Below are positions 46,980 to 56,493 of a stretch of 64,000 bases of DNA, piece after piece. The DNA comes from Bacteroidota bacterium (GTDB lineage Bacteria > Bacteroidota > Bacteroidia > Bacteroidales > FEN-979), in contig JBAXIO010000009.1 of assembly GCA_037138335.1 (NCBI GenBank), forward strand, positions 2,531 through 66,530, given 5' to 3'. Within the stretch, counting starts at the first letter, position 1; every line of letters begins with the position of its first letter. The notes under the pieces are model-generated. The model searched no databases. It was not told the origin of the DNA and worked only from the letters and a program-made list of their open reading frames with translations. The position numbers and the translations under genes are program-made.

Positions 46980-48287
46980 TTACAATTTACCCAGGTTGTA
47001 CAAATAAGAGATTTTTGCTTTGATAAGCTGTATCTTATGAATTTCCAGGCCCATCTTTGCCTGGGTTTCGTCGTTGACCCTGAGGATATAATCACTGGAT
47101 GTGATGGACCCGTTGGTCAGCTGGGAAGAAGCTGTTTTAGTGATCCCTGTTCTAAGGTCAATAAGTTCCCTGTCTTTAAGAAGGAGTTCCGACAGTTTCG
47201 TTATATCGGCAGTATTCCTCTGCGTTGTGACTTTAATGTTTTTGTCAAAGGATTCCTGCTGATTCTTAATTATCTCACCCTGGATGTCATAGATCTTTTT
47301 TTCATTCCTGTTGGCGTTCCAGTTCCAGGGATTCCATGTAATTTTCGCCCCCAGCATGACCATAGGGGCTATGTCGCTCGAAAGGAAATTGTACCCCGGC
47401 CTTCCGAACCCAAACTGCCCGAAAGCCCAGAATTTGGGGTTCCATTTGGTGGTTACCATGTTCTTCATTAGGTTGGTGCGGTCCTTCTGGATAGTATAAA
47501 TCTCATATTCGATGCGTTTATTTTCATAGGCCATCCCGGGAAGGTTGATGACAGGTATTTTGAAAACAGAATTCTCATCCATGGGTGAGGAAACTAATTC
47601 TGAAAGCATTTTTATACTGGCGAGGCGATCCATGGATAATTCATAGATGTTTTGTTCAATTTTAATGATCTCCGCCCTGATAAGATCCTGGTTCATTTTG
47701 AGCGAGGTTCCGTTTCGCACGGCCGATTCCACTTCGGCAAGTTTTGATTCGAGCTGATGTTTCGTATCCTTTAACAATTCAACATTCTGCTGGGTAAGAA
47801 GTATGCTGAAATAGAACTGGTTAACCTGGTCTTTCAACAGGTAGAGGCTGGCATCAACATTTTTCTTGTCAACATTGAGGTTGTATTTTTCAAGCTTTTT
47901 CTGGTAGCTGGTAACATTGCCGTCATAAATCGATTCACTGACGTCGAGCGTAAGTTTGTACTGGTCTTTGGGGATAGTCGGTCCCTGAAGCTGTGGCATG
48001 CCTGAAGGCAGCGGGATCACGACTTCCGTGACTTCATTTTGCCAGCTGGCGCTTCCGTTGACATTGAAAGCCGGGAGGTAATTTTTATTCAGGTTTTTAG
48101 TGCGGAGGTCGCTTGATTTATCGAGCAGGCCTGCCTGCCTGATCAAAGGATAGGTTTTTTGCACCTGCTGGTAGCAGAAATCGAGGGTTATTGTATCCTG
48201 GGCCGGAAGCTGTTGAATGCCGGGAACCGTGAAAAAGAGCACCGGCAGAATGTATTGAAATTTAAACCAAGCTTTTTTCCTTTTCAT
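46980..48287 (-). CDS. TolC-family outer-membrane efflux protein
   Basis: 435 aa. Signal sequence, then two repeats of the OEP helical pattern (LTLDFCYQQVQKTYPLIRQ..., ...AKISYLYNLGKL). Confidence 0.88.
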   Translation of the reverse strand: MKRKKAWFKFQYILPVLFFTVPGIQQLPAQDTITLDFCYQQVQKTYPLIRQAGLLDKSSDLRTKNLNKNYLPAFNVNGSASWQNEVTEVVIPLPSGMPQLQGPTIPKDQYKLTLDVSESIYDGNVTSYQKKLEKYNLNVDKKNVDASLYLLKDQVNQFYFSILLTQQNVELLKDTKHQLESKLAEVESAVRNGTSLKMNQDLIRAEIIKIEQNIYELSMDRLASIKMLSELVSSPMDENSVFKIPVINLPGMAYENKRIEYEIYTIQKDRTNLMKNMVTTKWNPKFWAFGQFGFGRPGYNFLSSDIAPMVMLGAKITWNPWNWNANRNEKKIYDIQGEIIKNQQESFDKNIKVTTQRNTADITKLSELLLKDRELIDLRTGITKTASSQLTNGSITSSDYILRVNDETQAKMGLEIHKIQLIKAKISYLYNLGKL

Positions 48288-48888
48288 ATCCTTTCAATGC
48301 GTTTTCGATAAATATAGGAACAATTTTTTTTCTCTGTTCATAAAATGTCTCCATCCTCTCGTCCGACACCTGGAACATCGATTGGATCAGAGGTTTTGCA
48401 AGAACGGGGAACACAACAAGTCCCAGAATATTAACGTATACATGCAGAGGGTCGATATCAAGCCCCATCTCTTCCTTAAGTTGTTTCCTGATCTGTTCGA
48501 GAAGGAGTTCCGGCACCAGGTTTTGTTTGAGGATAACTTCTCTCAGCTGTTCAGGTTTATCGTGCAGGGCATTAATAATAAACTGTACCACATAGGAGTG
48601 ACGTGAAATAAAATTGAGATAAAAGTTTACAAAGATGCCGATTTTTGACATCAATGTCATTTCGGAAAGGAAGATCTCGCTCATTTTTGAAGCCATTTGA
48701 AAAAAGGTTTCATTGAACACTTTCTCAAAAAGAGATTCTTTATTTCTGAAATAGTAATGGAGCAATGCCTTGTTTATACCTGCCAGGTTAGCAATTTCCT
48801 GCATCCTTGCCCCATTGAAACCTTTTTGATGAAAGATCTGGCGGGCGGCTTCAAGTATTTTCAGTTCAGTATGTTGCGATTTATCCAT
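48262..48888 (-). CDS. TetR/AcrR-family transcriptional regulator
   Basis: N-terminal HTH ILEAARQIFHQKGFNGARMQEIANLAGINKALLHYYFRNKESLF. Confidence 0.93.
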   Translation of the reverse strand: MDKSQHTELKILEAARQIFHQKGFNGARMQEIANLAGINKALLHYYFRNKESLFEKVFNETFFQMASKMSEIFLSEMTLMSKIGIFVNFYLNFISRHSYVVQFIINALHDKPEQLREVILKQNLVPELLLEQIRKQLKEEMGLDIDPLHVYVNILGLVVFPVLAKPLIQSMFQVSDERMETFYEQRKKIVPIFIENALKGYEKEKSLV

Positions 48889-48891
48889 ATA

Positions 48892-48923
48892 GTTAAACCA
48901 ATTAGATTAAACAATAAGTTTAA
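48892..48923. promoter_or_regulatory. Candidate TetR operator (inverted repeat)
   Basis: GTTAAAC at 48892-98, then TTAAAC-AATAA-GTTTAA at 48907-23. Lies 4-35 nt upstream of the tetR start codon. Confidence 0.3.
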
Positions 48924-49028
48924 CCGAAAGGTCAAAATTATGGTAAATTTTTTAATCTCCGACAAAAGTTTGAAAATATTTTATTTGCTGAACAGGATTT
49001 GTTGCCGATGAGGATGAAGCAGCTTGGT

Positions 49029-50822
49029 TTATTTGGGGATCTTGATCTTTTGTCCCGGCTTCAGGTAAGAAGCATTTTTTATGTCGTTGAGCTTCTTGAT
49101 CTGCGCTACAGTCACATTAAACTCGTCGGCAATATCCCATAAGTTGTCGCCTGACTGTATCGTATAAAAGAAAAATTTGGCATTACCTGATGAAGTTTTG
49201 GTTTCAGGTTTTGAGGAAGCAGGTTTAGTGGCTGTTGTTTCAGAAGCGCCTGGTTTTTGGGTGCTTCCCTTGATTTTGATCTTCTGACCCACAACGACTT
49301 TTGAGGAGGAGAGATTATTCCAGCTCATGAGTTCATTAATGGTAACGCTGTATTTCCCTGCGATAAGACCCAGGGATTCTCCGCTTTTCACCACATGAAT
49401 TTTAGAAACAGTAAGTTCGGGTTTTGGTTCAGTGGCCACAGGTTTTACAGTATCTTTCCGTACCACAACCGTCTTTGTTGAATCGGGTTTTGCAGTAAGT
49501 TCCTGTTTGCGGACCAGTGAATCGGGTATTTTCGGAGCCGAACCCGGCACATAAACAAAGATCTTTTGCTTTGGTTTTACCGCGTTCTTTTTAATGTTGT
49601 TAAGTGCTTTCAGTTCGGGGATGCTCATATGGAACTTCTTTGCAATACTGGCCATTGTTTCTCCCTTTTTCACCGTATACTGTTCGGTTTCCCTGTAACT
49701 TGCATATATAGCCGCAAGGCTTGCATCTTCCGACATTGCTTTCTTTGTCCTGAAAGCATATATAGCGTTTTCATTGTTAATGAAATCTGCGATATACCGT
49801 TTCCTCAGCCTCAGTTTATAAGGGACTTCCGGTGTTGCAGGGATGACACCTTTTTTATAGGCCGGATTAAGGAAAGCGACCTCATCCCAGGGGATGTTCA
49901 GCATTTCCGACAGCTGGTCGAACGTAAGCGGGTGTTTGACAGTGACTGTGTCCACTTCGTAATACAGGATTCCAGGATCTACAGGGTATATCTTATGTTC
50001 GTTCGCATATGCAAGAACATAACTTGCTGCAATAAAGGCAGGTACATATGACCTTGTTTCTTTTGGGAGATATTTGTGTATGGCCCAGAAATTCTTGAGC
50101 CCCCCTGATCTGCGTATGGCTTTGTTCACATTGCCGGCCCCTGAGTTATAAGCCGCCAGGGCCAGTGACCAGTTCCCGTAAATATCGTAAAGGTCCTGCA
50201 GGTGTTCACAGGCTGCAATGGTGGCTTTAAAAGGATCGTAACGGTCGTCGACATAGGAACTGACTTTCAGCCCATATACTTTCCCTGTCCCGTACATAAA
50301 CTGCCAGAGCCCTTTTGCACCTGCCTTTGAATTGGCAATAGGATTAAGAGCCGATTCAATCACTGCAAGGTATTTTAATTCCAGGGGCATATTGAAGCGG
50401 TCGAGCTGTTCCTCAAACAAAGGGAAATATATCTCCGAAAGGCCGAGGATACGGGCGGTGAGCTTGCGCTTCCTTACGGCATACAGTTCAATGAACTTCT
50501 TTACTTCGTAATTGTAAACGTATTCAAACGGGGAATTCTCATTCATCACGGCAATCCTTGCCGCATAGACTGAATCAGAGAAATACGGAATATCAGTTTC
50601 GGTATAATTGCTCCATGCCGGGTATTTCAAAGCATGGGGGGAGGAGCCGTCGGAGAATACTTTGAGTGTCGCCAGGCTGTCAAGCATAGACACAACGGCA
50701 TCATCTTCAATTATTTTAACCTTTTTTTGTGTAGTGTCTGAAATGGCTTGTTCCTGGGAAAACAGGAAATGAGGGCTTATGAGAAACGAAAGAAAAAAAC
50801 AAAGTGAACGGATAACCCTCAT
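49029..50822 (-). CDS. MltD-like lytic transglycosylase with three C-terminal LysM domains
   Basis: SLT block AVIESALNPIANSKAGAKGLWQFMYGTG. Three LysM repeats (YTVKKGETMASIAKKF..., HVVKSGESLGLIAGKY..., YTIQSGDNLWDIADEF...). Confidence 0.9.
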   Translation of the reverse strand: MRVIRSLCFFLSFLISPHFLFSQEQAISDTTQKKVKIIEDDAVVSMLDSLATLKVFSDGSSPHALKYPAWSNYTETDIPYFSDSVYAARIAVMNENSPFEYVYNYEVKKFIELYAVRKRKLTARILGLSEIYFPLFEEQLDRFNMPLELKYLAVIESALNPIANSKAGAKGLWQFMYGTGKVYGLKVSSYVDDRYDPFKATIAACEHLQDLYDIYGNWSLALAAYNSGAGNVNKAIRRSGGLKNFWAIHKYLPKETRSYVPAFIAASYVLAYANEHKIYPVDPGILYYEVDTVTVKHPLTFDQLSEMLNIPWDEVAFLNPAYKKGVIPATPEVPYKLRLRKRYIADFINNENAIYAFRTKKAMSEDASLAAIYASYRETEQYTVKKGETMASIAKKFHMSIPELKALNNIKKNAVKPKQKIFVYVPGSAPKIPDSLVRKQELTAKPDSTKTVVVRKDTVKPVATEPKPELTVSKIHVVKSGESLGLIAGKYSVTINELMSWNNLSSSKVVVGQKIKIKGSTQKPGASETTATKPASSKPETKTSSGNAKFFFYTIQSGDNLWDIADEFNVTVAQIKKLNDIKNASYLKPGQKIKIPK

Positions 50823-50876
50823 GCGGTGTATTAATTAAATTATTATGGATGAAGAGTTTGCAAATATATCCTTTTT

Positions 50877-51731
50877 TCAAAAATGCTCGACATGAATGGT
50901 CACCTCTGAATTAACAAGGCTTTGTTTAATATCTGCTTCTATTTGGTCACAAAGCTCGTGAGCATCCCTAACAGTAAGGTTTTCATCAAGGTTAAGGTGA
51001 AAATCGACATACCTGAAGTTGCCTGCCCTCCTGGTGCGAAGACCATGATATTTTATGTTTTCTTTACAGTATTTGTCGATGATACTCCTGATCAGGCTAA
51101 TTTCTTCAAGGTCCAATGATTCATCAAGGAGAGGTTTATATGCCTTGATCAGAAGGACGTAGGATTCTTTCAGAATCAATATACTCACCAGGATGGCTAC
51201 AATAGGGTCAAGTAAATGGTACCCGGTTATCCAGATCAGGCCTAAGCCCGCTGCCACGCCAAGAGATGTAAATACATCAGCCCGGAGGTGCAGGGCGTCA
51301 GCTTCCAAGGCGATGGAACCGGTTGATTTGGCAACTTTATACAGGTACCATGAAACTCCTGTGTTTACGGCTGCAGAGATGCACATAACAGAAAACCCTA
51401 ATCCAAGGGTGTCAATTTCTGAAGGTTTGAGGATCTTATGAACGGCCTCGAAAATGATCCAGATAGCCGCAACAAAAATCAGAAGGGCTTCAACAACCCC
51501 CGAGATGTTCTCGATTTTCCAGTGCCCGTATGGATGGCGGTCGTCGGCCGGCCTGTCGGAGATCCTGACCGACAAAAATGCAATTATCGCGGCCAGCAGA
51601 TCCATAAAGGAGTGGATAGCTTCCGAAATGATGGAAACCGAACCACTCAACATCCCGGCACCCAGTTTTAAAATGATCAGCAGGGTATTCGAAATAACCG
51701 AGAGACTGGCTGCATTGGTTTTTTTAGACAT
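50877..51731 (-). CDS. Cation diffusion facilitator (CDF) family metal efflux transporter
   Basis: Six TM helices with HSFMDLLA (TM2) and HLRADVFTS (TM5) metal-site motifs, plus a C-terminal cytoplasmic domain. Confidence 0.9.
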   Translation of the reverse strand: MSKKTNAASLSVISNTLLIILKLGAGMLSGSVSIISEAIHSFMDLLAAIIAFLSVRISDRPADDRHPYGHWKIENISGVVEALLIFVAAIWIIFEAVHKILKPSEIDTLGLGFSVMCISAAVNTGVSWYLYKVAKSTGSIALEADALHLRADVFTSLGVAAGLGLIWITGYHLLDPIVAILVSILILKESYVLLIKAYKPLLDESLDLEEISLIRSIIDKYCKENIKYHGLRTRRAGNFRYVDFHLNLDENLTVRDAHELCDQIEADIKQSLVNSEVTIHVEHF

Positions 51732-53265
51732 CCTGCTGCTGTTGAGGGTCAGAAGCTCTTTTTTCGGGTCTCATCTGAGGGAAGAAGAGTACATCCTGTA
51801 TCGATGTTTGGTTGGTCATGATCATTGTGAGCCGGTCAATTCCTATACCCAGCCCTGAGGTGGGCGGCATTGCAAATTCAAGTGAGCGGAGGAAATCCTC
51901 ATCAAGCACCATGGATTCATCATCACCCCGTTTCCCAAGCTCAAGCTGGGATTCAAACCTTTCCCTCTGGTCGATGGGGTCATTCAGTTCTGAAAATGCA
52001 TTACAAAGCTCTTTCCCGTTACAGATTGCCTCGAACCGTTCAACAAGCCCGGGTTTCGAACGGTGTTTCTTCGCAAGGGGCGACATTTCCACGGGGTAAT
52101 CGGTAATAAAGGTGGGCTGTACAAGATAAGGTTCGCATTTTTCACCGAAGATCTGGTCGATCAGCTTTCCCTTGGCCATGGTTTTATCAATCGGGACTTC
52201 AAGCTGTTTGGCAACAGCTACAAGTTCTTCTTCCGACTTGCCGTCAATATCGATGCCTGTGAAGTGTTTGATCACTTCATACATGGTGAACCTTTTCCAC
52301 GGGCGCTTAAAATCTATCAGTTTGTCGCCGACCTGAACCTCGGTTTTGCCATGAAGGTCAAGTGCTATTTTTTCAACCATCTCTTCCACAAGATCCATCA
52401 TCCATATATAATCCTTATAAGCCACATAGAGTTCCATCTGGGTGAACTCGGGATTATGGAAACGGTCCATCCCCTCATTGCGGAAGTCCTTCGAAAATTC
52501 ATAAACCCCATCGAACCCGCCAACGATCAGCCGTTTCAGATAAAGCTCATTGGCAATACGAAGGTAGAGGGTCATGTCGAGGGAGTTATGATGGGTCTTG
52601 AAAGGCCTTGCAGCAGCGCCCCCGTAAAGGGGTTGAAGCACAGGGGTTTCAACTTCCAGGTACGACCTGGTATTGAGAAACTGGCGCATTGAATTCACCA
52701 GTTGGGTCCGTTTGACGAATACATTCCTGACCTGGGGGTTTACGATCATATCCACGTAACGCTGGCGGTATCTTTGCTCAGGATCGGTAAATGCATCGAA
52801 CACTTCCCCGTCTTTTTCCTTCACAATAGGCAGTACCCTGAGTGATTTGGAAAGAAGAGTAAGGCTTCTCACATGGATGGAGATCTCACCCATCTGGGTG
52901 ACAAAGACATAGCCGGTTACACCAATAATATCCCCGATATCAAGGAGCCGTTTAAACACGGTATTATAAAGGGTTTTATCTTCACCCGTGCAGATCTCGT
53001 CGCGCTTTATATAAAGCTGTATCCGGCCGGATGAATCCTGTAATTCGGTAAAGGAAGCAGCGCCCATTATCCTTCGGGTCATAATGCGACCGGCAAGGCT
53101 TACATCCTGGTACAGTGAATTATCGGAAGGATAATTCGTTTTTATTTCAGCCGCGCAAGCATTGACAGGAAATGTTTCGGGGGGATATGGATTAATACCG
53201 AGCCTGAAAAGTTCATTAAGCGAATCACGCCTGATTTGTTCCTGCTCGGTGAGAGAAAGTTGCAT
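51724..53265 (-). CDS. lysS: Lysine--tRNA ligase (class II)
   Basis: OB anticodon-binding domain ([31 protein letters not shown]). Class II motifs 1-3 ([25 protein letters not shown]). 8-nt overlap with the CDF gene. Confidence 0.95.
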   Translation of the reverse strand: MQLSLTEQEQIRRDSLNELFRLGINPYPPETFPVNACAAEIKTNYPSDNSLYQDVSLAGRIMTRRIMGAASFTELQDSSGRIQLYIKRDEICTGEDKTLYNTVFKRLLDIGDIIGVTGYVFVTQMGEISIHVRSLTLLSKSLRVLPIVKEKDGEVFDAFTDPEQRYRQRYVDMIVNPQVRNVFVKRTQLVNSMRQFLNTRSYLEVETPVLQPLYGGAAARPFKTHHNSLDMTLYLRIANELYLKRLIVGGFDGVYEFSKDFRNEGMDRFHNPEFTQMELYVAYKDYIWMMDLVEEMVEKIALDLHGKTEVQVGDKLIDFKRPWKRFTMYEVIKHFTGIDIDGKSEEELVAVAKQLEVPIDKTMAKGKLIDQIFGEKCEPYLVQPTFITDYPVEMSPLAKKHRSKPGLVERFEAICNGKELCNAFSELNDPIDQRERFESQLELGKRGDDESMVLDEDFLRSLEFAMPPTSGLGIGIDRLTMIMTNQTSIQDVLFFPQMRPEKRASDPQQQQDV

Positions 53266-53355
53266 ATGCTTAATTTTTCGGCAAAGATAAGGATTTAAGA
53301 CAATACCAGCCTTATTGAAGAGTTTTGAACGGGAGCCCCGGGGCCGTGCTTTGGC

Positions 53356-54081
53356 TCAGGAAAGCACTGAATGAAGTATGTGATGGGAGTTCATGGGCTT
53401 GAAGCCCGGTATATGGATCTGGTAGTACAGCAGCATGGAATCAAGCAGTGATCTCCGAACCGCCGGTTTGAAGTGAAGTCCCGACTGTTCAGCTATAGTT
53501 GTGGTTATCAGTGAATTGAATAGCTTGCCATGTTCAGGCAATATATAAGAGTCTGTTTCGGGTATCATGACCTGGAACTGGCCTTCCCTCAGGTTGAATA
53601 CAGTCTTCTGCTCAGTGTAGCCCGGCTGGGGTTGTATCCCCAGGAAATGAGTAAGCTCAGCTGTAAAAACAAGGGGAAAGCAATTCAGGGAACCCTCGGC
53701 CGAGTCAAGCAGCAAACAGGATCTCCATAAGTAGTCAAAAAGTTCCTGGTTGGTTTCTTCTTCCCTTATCGACTTGTAGAGAAGTTCATTAATAAAAAGG
53801 GCAACGGAGCTTTTACGGATATCGAAAGGGATGCTCAGGTAAGGCTGGCACAACCTGACTTCCTTAGACGTATGCAGGGATGACTTCTCTTTAAGATGGG
53901 CTACCACTTCGAGCAGCGTCAGCGGCTGGAACAATCCTGCTTTTGTTTTGGACTTCGGACTGCGGATCCCTTTGAAGAGGTAGGATTGAAGTCCGCGGGC
54001 CTCGGTATAAATACGGACGATAATACTGGTCTCGGAGTATTTTAAGGAATGAAGTACGATGCCTCTTGTGGTGACCAGCAT
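53356..54081 (-). CDS. recO: DNA repair protein RecO
   Basis: N-terminal OB fold TRGIVLHSLKYSETSIIVRIYTEARGLQSY and typical length (241 aa). Confidence 0.88.
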   Translation of the reverse strand: MLVTTRGIVLHSLKYSETSIIVRIYTEARGLQSYLFKGIRSPKSKTKAGLFQPLTLLEVVAHLKEKSSLHTSKEVRLCQPYLSIPFDIRKSSVALFINELLYKSIREEETNQELFDYLWRSCLLLDSAEGSLNCFPLVFTAELTHFLGIQPQPGYTEQKTVFNLREGQFQVMIPETDSYILPEHGKLFNSLITTTIAEQSGLHFKPAVRRSLLDSMLLYYQIHIPGFKPMNSHHILHSVLS

Positions 54082-56411
54082 CAGTTGATTACGAGGATTT
54101 TTGTGACAACCTTATCACTGCCGTTCTCATTCGAAGCAAAAACAAGGTATACACCCGTGCGGACTTTCTTCCCGTCCATGCTGCTTCCGTTCCATACTGC
54201 CTGTCCGCCCTCTGCCTTGCCCGTGTAAACCAGCCTTCCGCTGATATCCGTGATACGGATCTGGGCGTTGCTGAGGAGGCCTTTGACTGCAATATACCCC
54301 TGGTAGCCTTCACGAACAGGGTTGGGATAAGCATATACGTTGCCAAAGGAATCTCCGCCTTCGGTGGCCGTGCTCTTGTATGAGATAACACCTTTATCGG
54401 TGCCGAAATAGACTTCCCCGGTAACAGGATTTATTGCTATCGAAGTTACCCTGTTTGACAGCAGGGGGCTGTTTTCCGCAGTAAAATGGTATACCTGTTT
54501 TGTACCGTCGGCCGAGAAAAGATAGGCTCCCCCCCGGTCGGTACCCATCCATTTTCGGTTGCTCCCGTCGACTGCGATGGCATTCACCTGTTCGCTTTCA
54601 AGAAGGTATTGTGTATACTGGCCTTGCTGGACCAGCGGCCTCTGGCAATCGGATGGGGTAGAGGTAAACAGGTCGTCGGGATTGTAAAACACTCCAACCC
54701 CGCTTTCCGTCCCTACCCAGATCTCTCCATTCTTATCTTCGGCCATTGAAAACACCGAATTCCCCGGGATATTACCATTGCCCACAGTGTTGTTCAGTTT
54801 CGTCGCCATGTCATCGTTCGGATTATCGGGAGTTCCGTTATCGGTAAACACCAGAACAGAATTCGGGTTCAGGTTGCCATAGCGCATCTGCATCCATACC
54901 TGGTCATAGCGGGTGGCGATGATCTGGCCAAGGTCAGTTTCGTTGTTGATGGTAATGGTGAATCCTGTCCACTGGCTGCCCCTTTTCAACGACAGGCATT
55001 GATTGGTATGGGAACAGTCGATCCACTGATAGCCGTGTGCGTCAAATGCAGAACCCCCTACACGTATTGTCCCTGTATCCCCGGCGGAATGGTGGTGGAG
55101 GGTGCTGTTGGCTTCGGTATATCTGCGGGTCAGCGTCCCGTCATAAAATTCCAGGAGGCCGTACCCCCAGGTTGCGGCATAAATTCTTTTTGGATCTGAC
55201 GGATCAGCCGTTGCAGAAACGATATTGCTGAAATTGTACAAAGACGGGTTATTGGCCCCGGAAATGTTCTGCCAGTTCGAATCATCAAAATGATAAATCT
55301 GGGCAGCCTGGGCAAGTGGTACAAAGGAAGCATCGTAACCCCCGGGAGTGATAAACAGATCATTATTTAACGTGCTCATGCTGAACGCATTGGCACTTAG
55401 GGGCCCGCTGAGGTTATAGGTTTTTACCTGGTCGGAATTCATTTCATAACTTACCAGGCCCGAATAGGAATCAGCTATCCAGATTGTCTGGTTCTTATCG
55501 CCTATGGCGTCCTGAGGAAATGATCCGGCGCCGGGGTAGCTGTTGATCACTTTATATTTGGTGAAACTCGGGTCAAACACATCAACGAAATAATTATAGC
55601 TTACAACCAGTACGTTATACATACTGTTCAGGTTCATGACCGGATTTGATTCCCCGTTGTTCCATGCCGACCACTGCCCATTATATATGTAGAGGGTGTC
55701 GAGGCCTGTAGTCCTGTGTTTATTGACAATGACTTTACCTGAAAAATAAGTTATTGTATTGTACATCAGCGTGGTATCTATTCTTTTATCTTTCTTCCAC
55801 ACTGCATAGTTTGCCAGGTTGGGATCTTTGCTCCATGCTTTGTAAATACCTTTCTCTGTAGCGGCCCAGAGGGTGTCGCTATCGTCCCTGACCAGGCTCA
55901 GAACGTTAACCTGGCTTCCCCCGTTCCCGATATAATACGTTTCGCTGATCTCCTGCTTTGCAAGGTCAAGGACAACAATTCCGAATCCGCACTGGAGATA
56001 GGCAATATTTCCCTGGCAGTAGATGCTGTTGATGGTTTTATTTCCCAGGATAGGTTTGCGGTAGATGTCGGAGATATTGATGATGGAGTTGTTCTGGATG
56101 AGGTCGATATTCGCATCACTATAAGCAATCACGAGGGTTTTTGTTGAAGCATTATATGCCAGGCAGCTGATCCCGATATCGGAAAGGCCCTGGATCTTGG
56201 TGATCCTTGTAATGCTGTTATCGTCTTTATCGAAGTAAAATACAGCATAAGGAGTGGATGAATAGATACGGTTTCCCGCTTCCGCAACGGAGTTGCAATA
56301 ATTGTAGGGAAGTTCGTCTCTCCACTGTCCGATAGGTATCTGGGGGCTTTGGGCTGAAAGGGATGCAGGATACAGGATGCAGGACAGTAAAAAAAGTCGG
56401 AATATTTTCAT
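54081..56411 (-). CDS. PorZ-like T9SS protein: two beta-propellers of two-component-regulator-propeller repeats + T9SS C-terminal domain
   Basis: Signal peptide. Repeated (I/L)W.(G/A)T..G(L/I/V)..(Y/F) motifs (LWAATEKGIYKAW, IWIADSYSGLVSY, IYAATWGYGLLEF, IWVGTESGVGVFY, KWMGTDRGGAYLF, VYFGTDKGVISY). Tail VYAYPNPVREG...GVYLVFASNENGSDKVVTKILVIN. The PorZ assignment rests on architecture only. Confidence 0.65.
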   Translation of the reverse strand: MKIFRLFLLSCILYPASLSAQSPQIPIGQWRDELPYNYCNSVAEAGNRIYSSTPYAVFYFDKDDNSITRITKIQGLSDIGISCLAYNASTKTLVIAYSDANIDLIQNNSIINISDIYRKPILGNKTINSIYCQGNIAYLQCGFGIVVLDLAKQEISETYYIGNGGSQVNVLSLVRDDSDTLWAATEKGIYKAWSKDPNLANYAVWKKDKRIDTTLMYNTITYFSGKVIVNKHRTTGLDTLYIYNGQWSAWNNGESNPVMNLNSMYNVLVVSYNYFVDVFDPSFTKYKVINSYPGAGSFPQDAIGDKNQTIWIADSYSGLVSYEMNSDQVKTYNLSGPLSANAFSMSTLNNDLFITPGGYDASFVPLAQAAQIYHFDDSNWQNISGANNPSLYNFSNIVSATADPSDPKRIYAATWGYGLLEFYDGTLTRRYTEANSTLHHHSAGDTGTIRVGGSAFDAHGYQWIDCSHTNQCLSLKRGSQWTGFTITINNETDLGQIIATRYDQVWMQMRYGNLNPNSVLVFTDNGTPDNPNDDMATKLNNTVGNGNIPGNSVFSMAEDKNGEIWVGTESGVGVFYNPDDLFTSTPSDCQRPLVQQGQYTQYLLESEQVNAIAVDGSNRKWMGTDRGGAYLFSADGTKQVYHFTAENSPLLSNRVTSIAINPVTGEVYFGTDKGVISYKSTATEGGDSFGNVYAYPNPVREGYQGYIAVKGLLSNAQIRITDISGRLVYTGKAEGGQAVWNGSSMDGKKVRTGVYLVFASNENGSDKVVTKILVIN

Positions 56412-56493
56412 AGGGACGGTGCTAAATACTTACAATAAACCAGGTATAAAAGTAACTGAATTTTTCATGATTTATTGCAGGAATTCAAGGAAT

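Noticed and set aside
24723-53265. Three aminoacyl-tRNA synthetase genes (cysS, tyrS, lysS) within 30 kb, considered as a possible functional cluster.
   Set aside because: They lie on different strands and in separate transcription units, interspersed with unrelated genes, so this is most simply coincidence in a core region.
53320-53345. A GCCCCGGGGC palindrome downstream of recO, considered as a terminator.
   Set aside because: The stem is only 5 bp with no loop, and no T-run follows on the transcribed strand.
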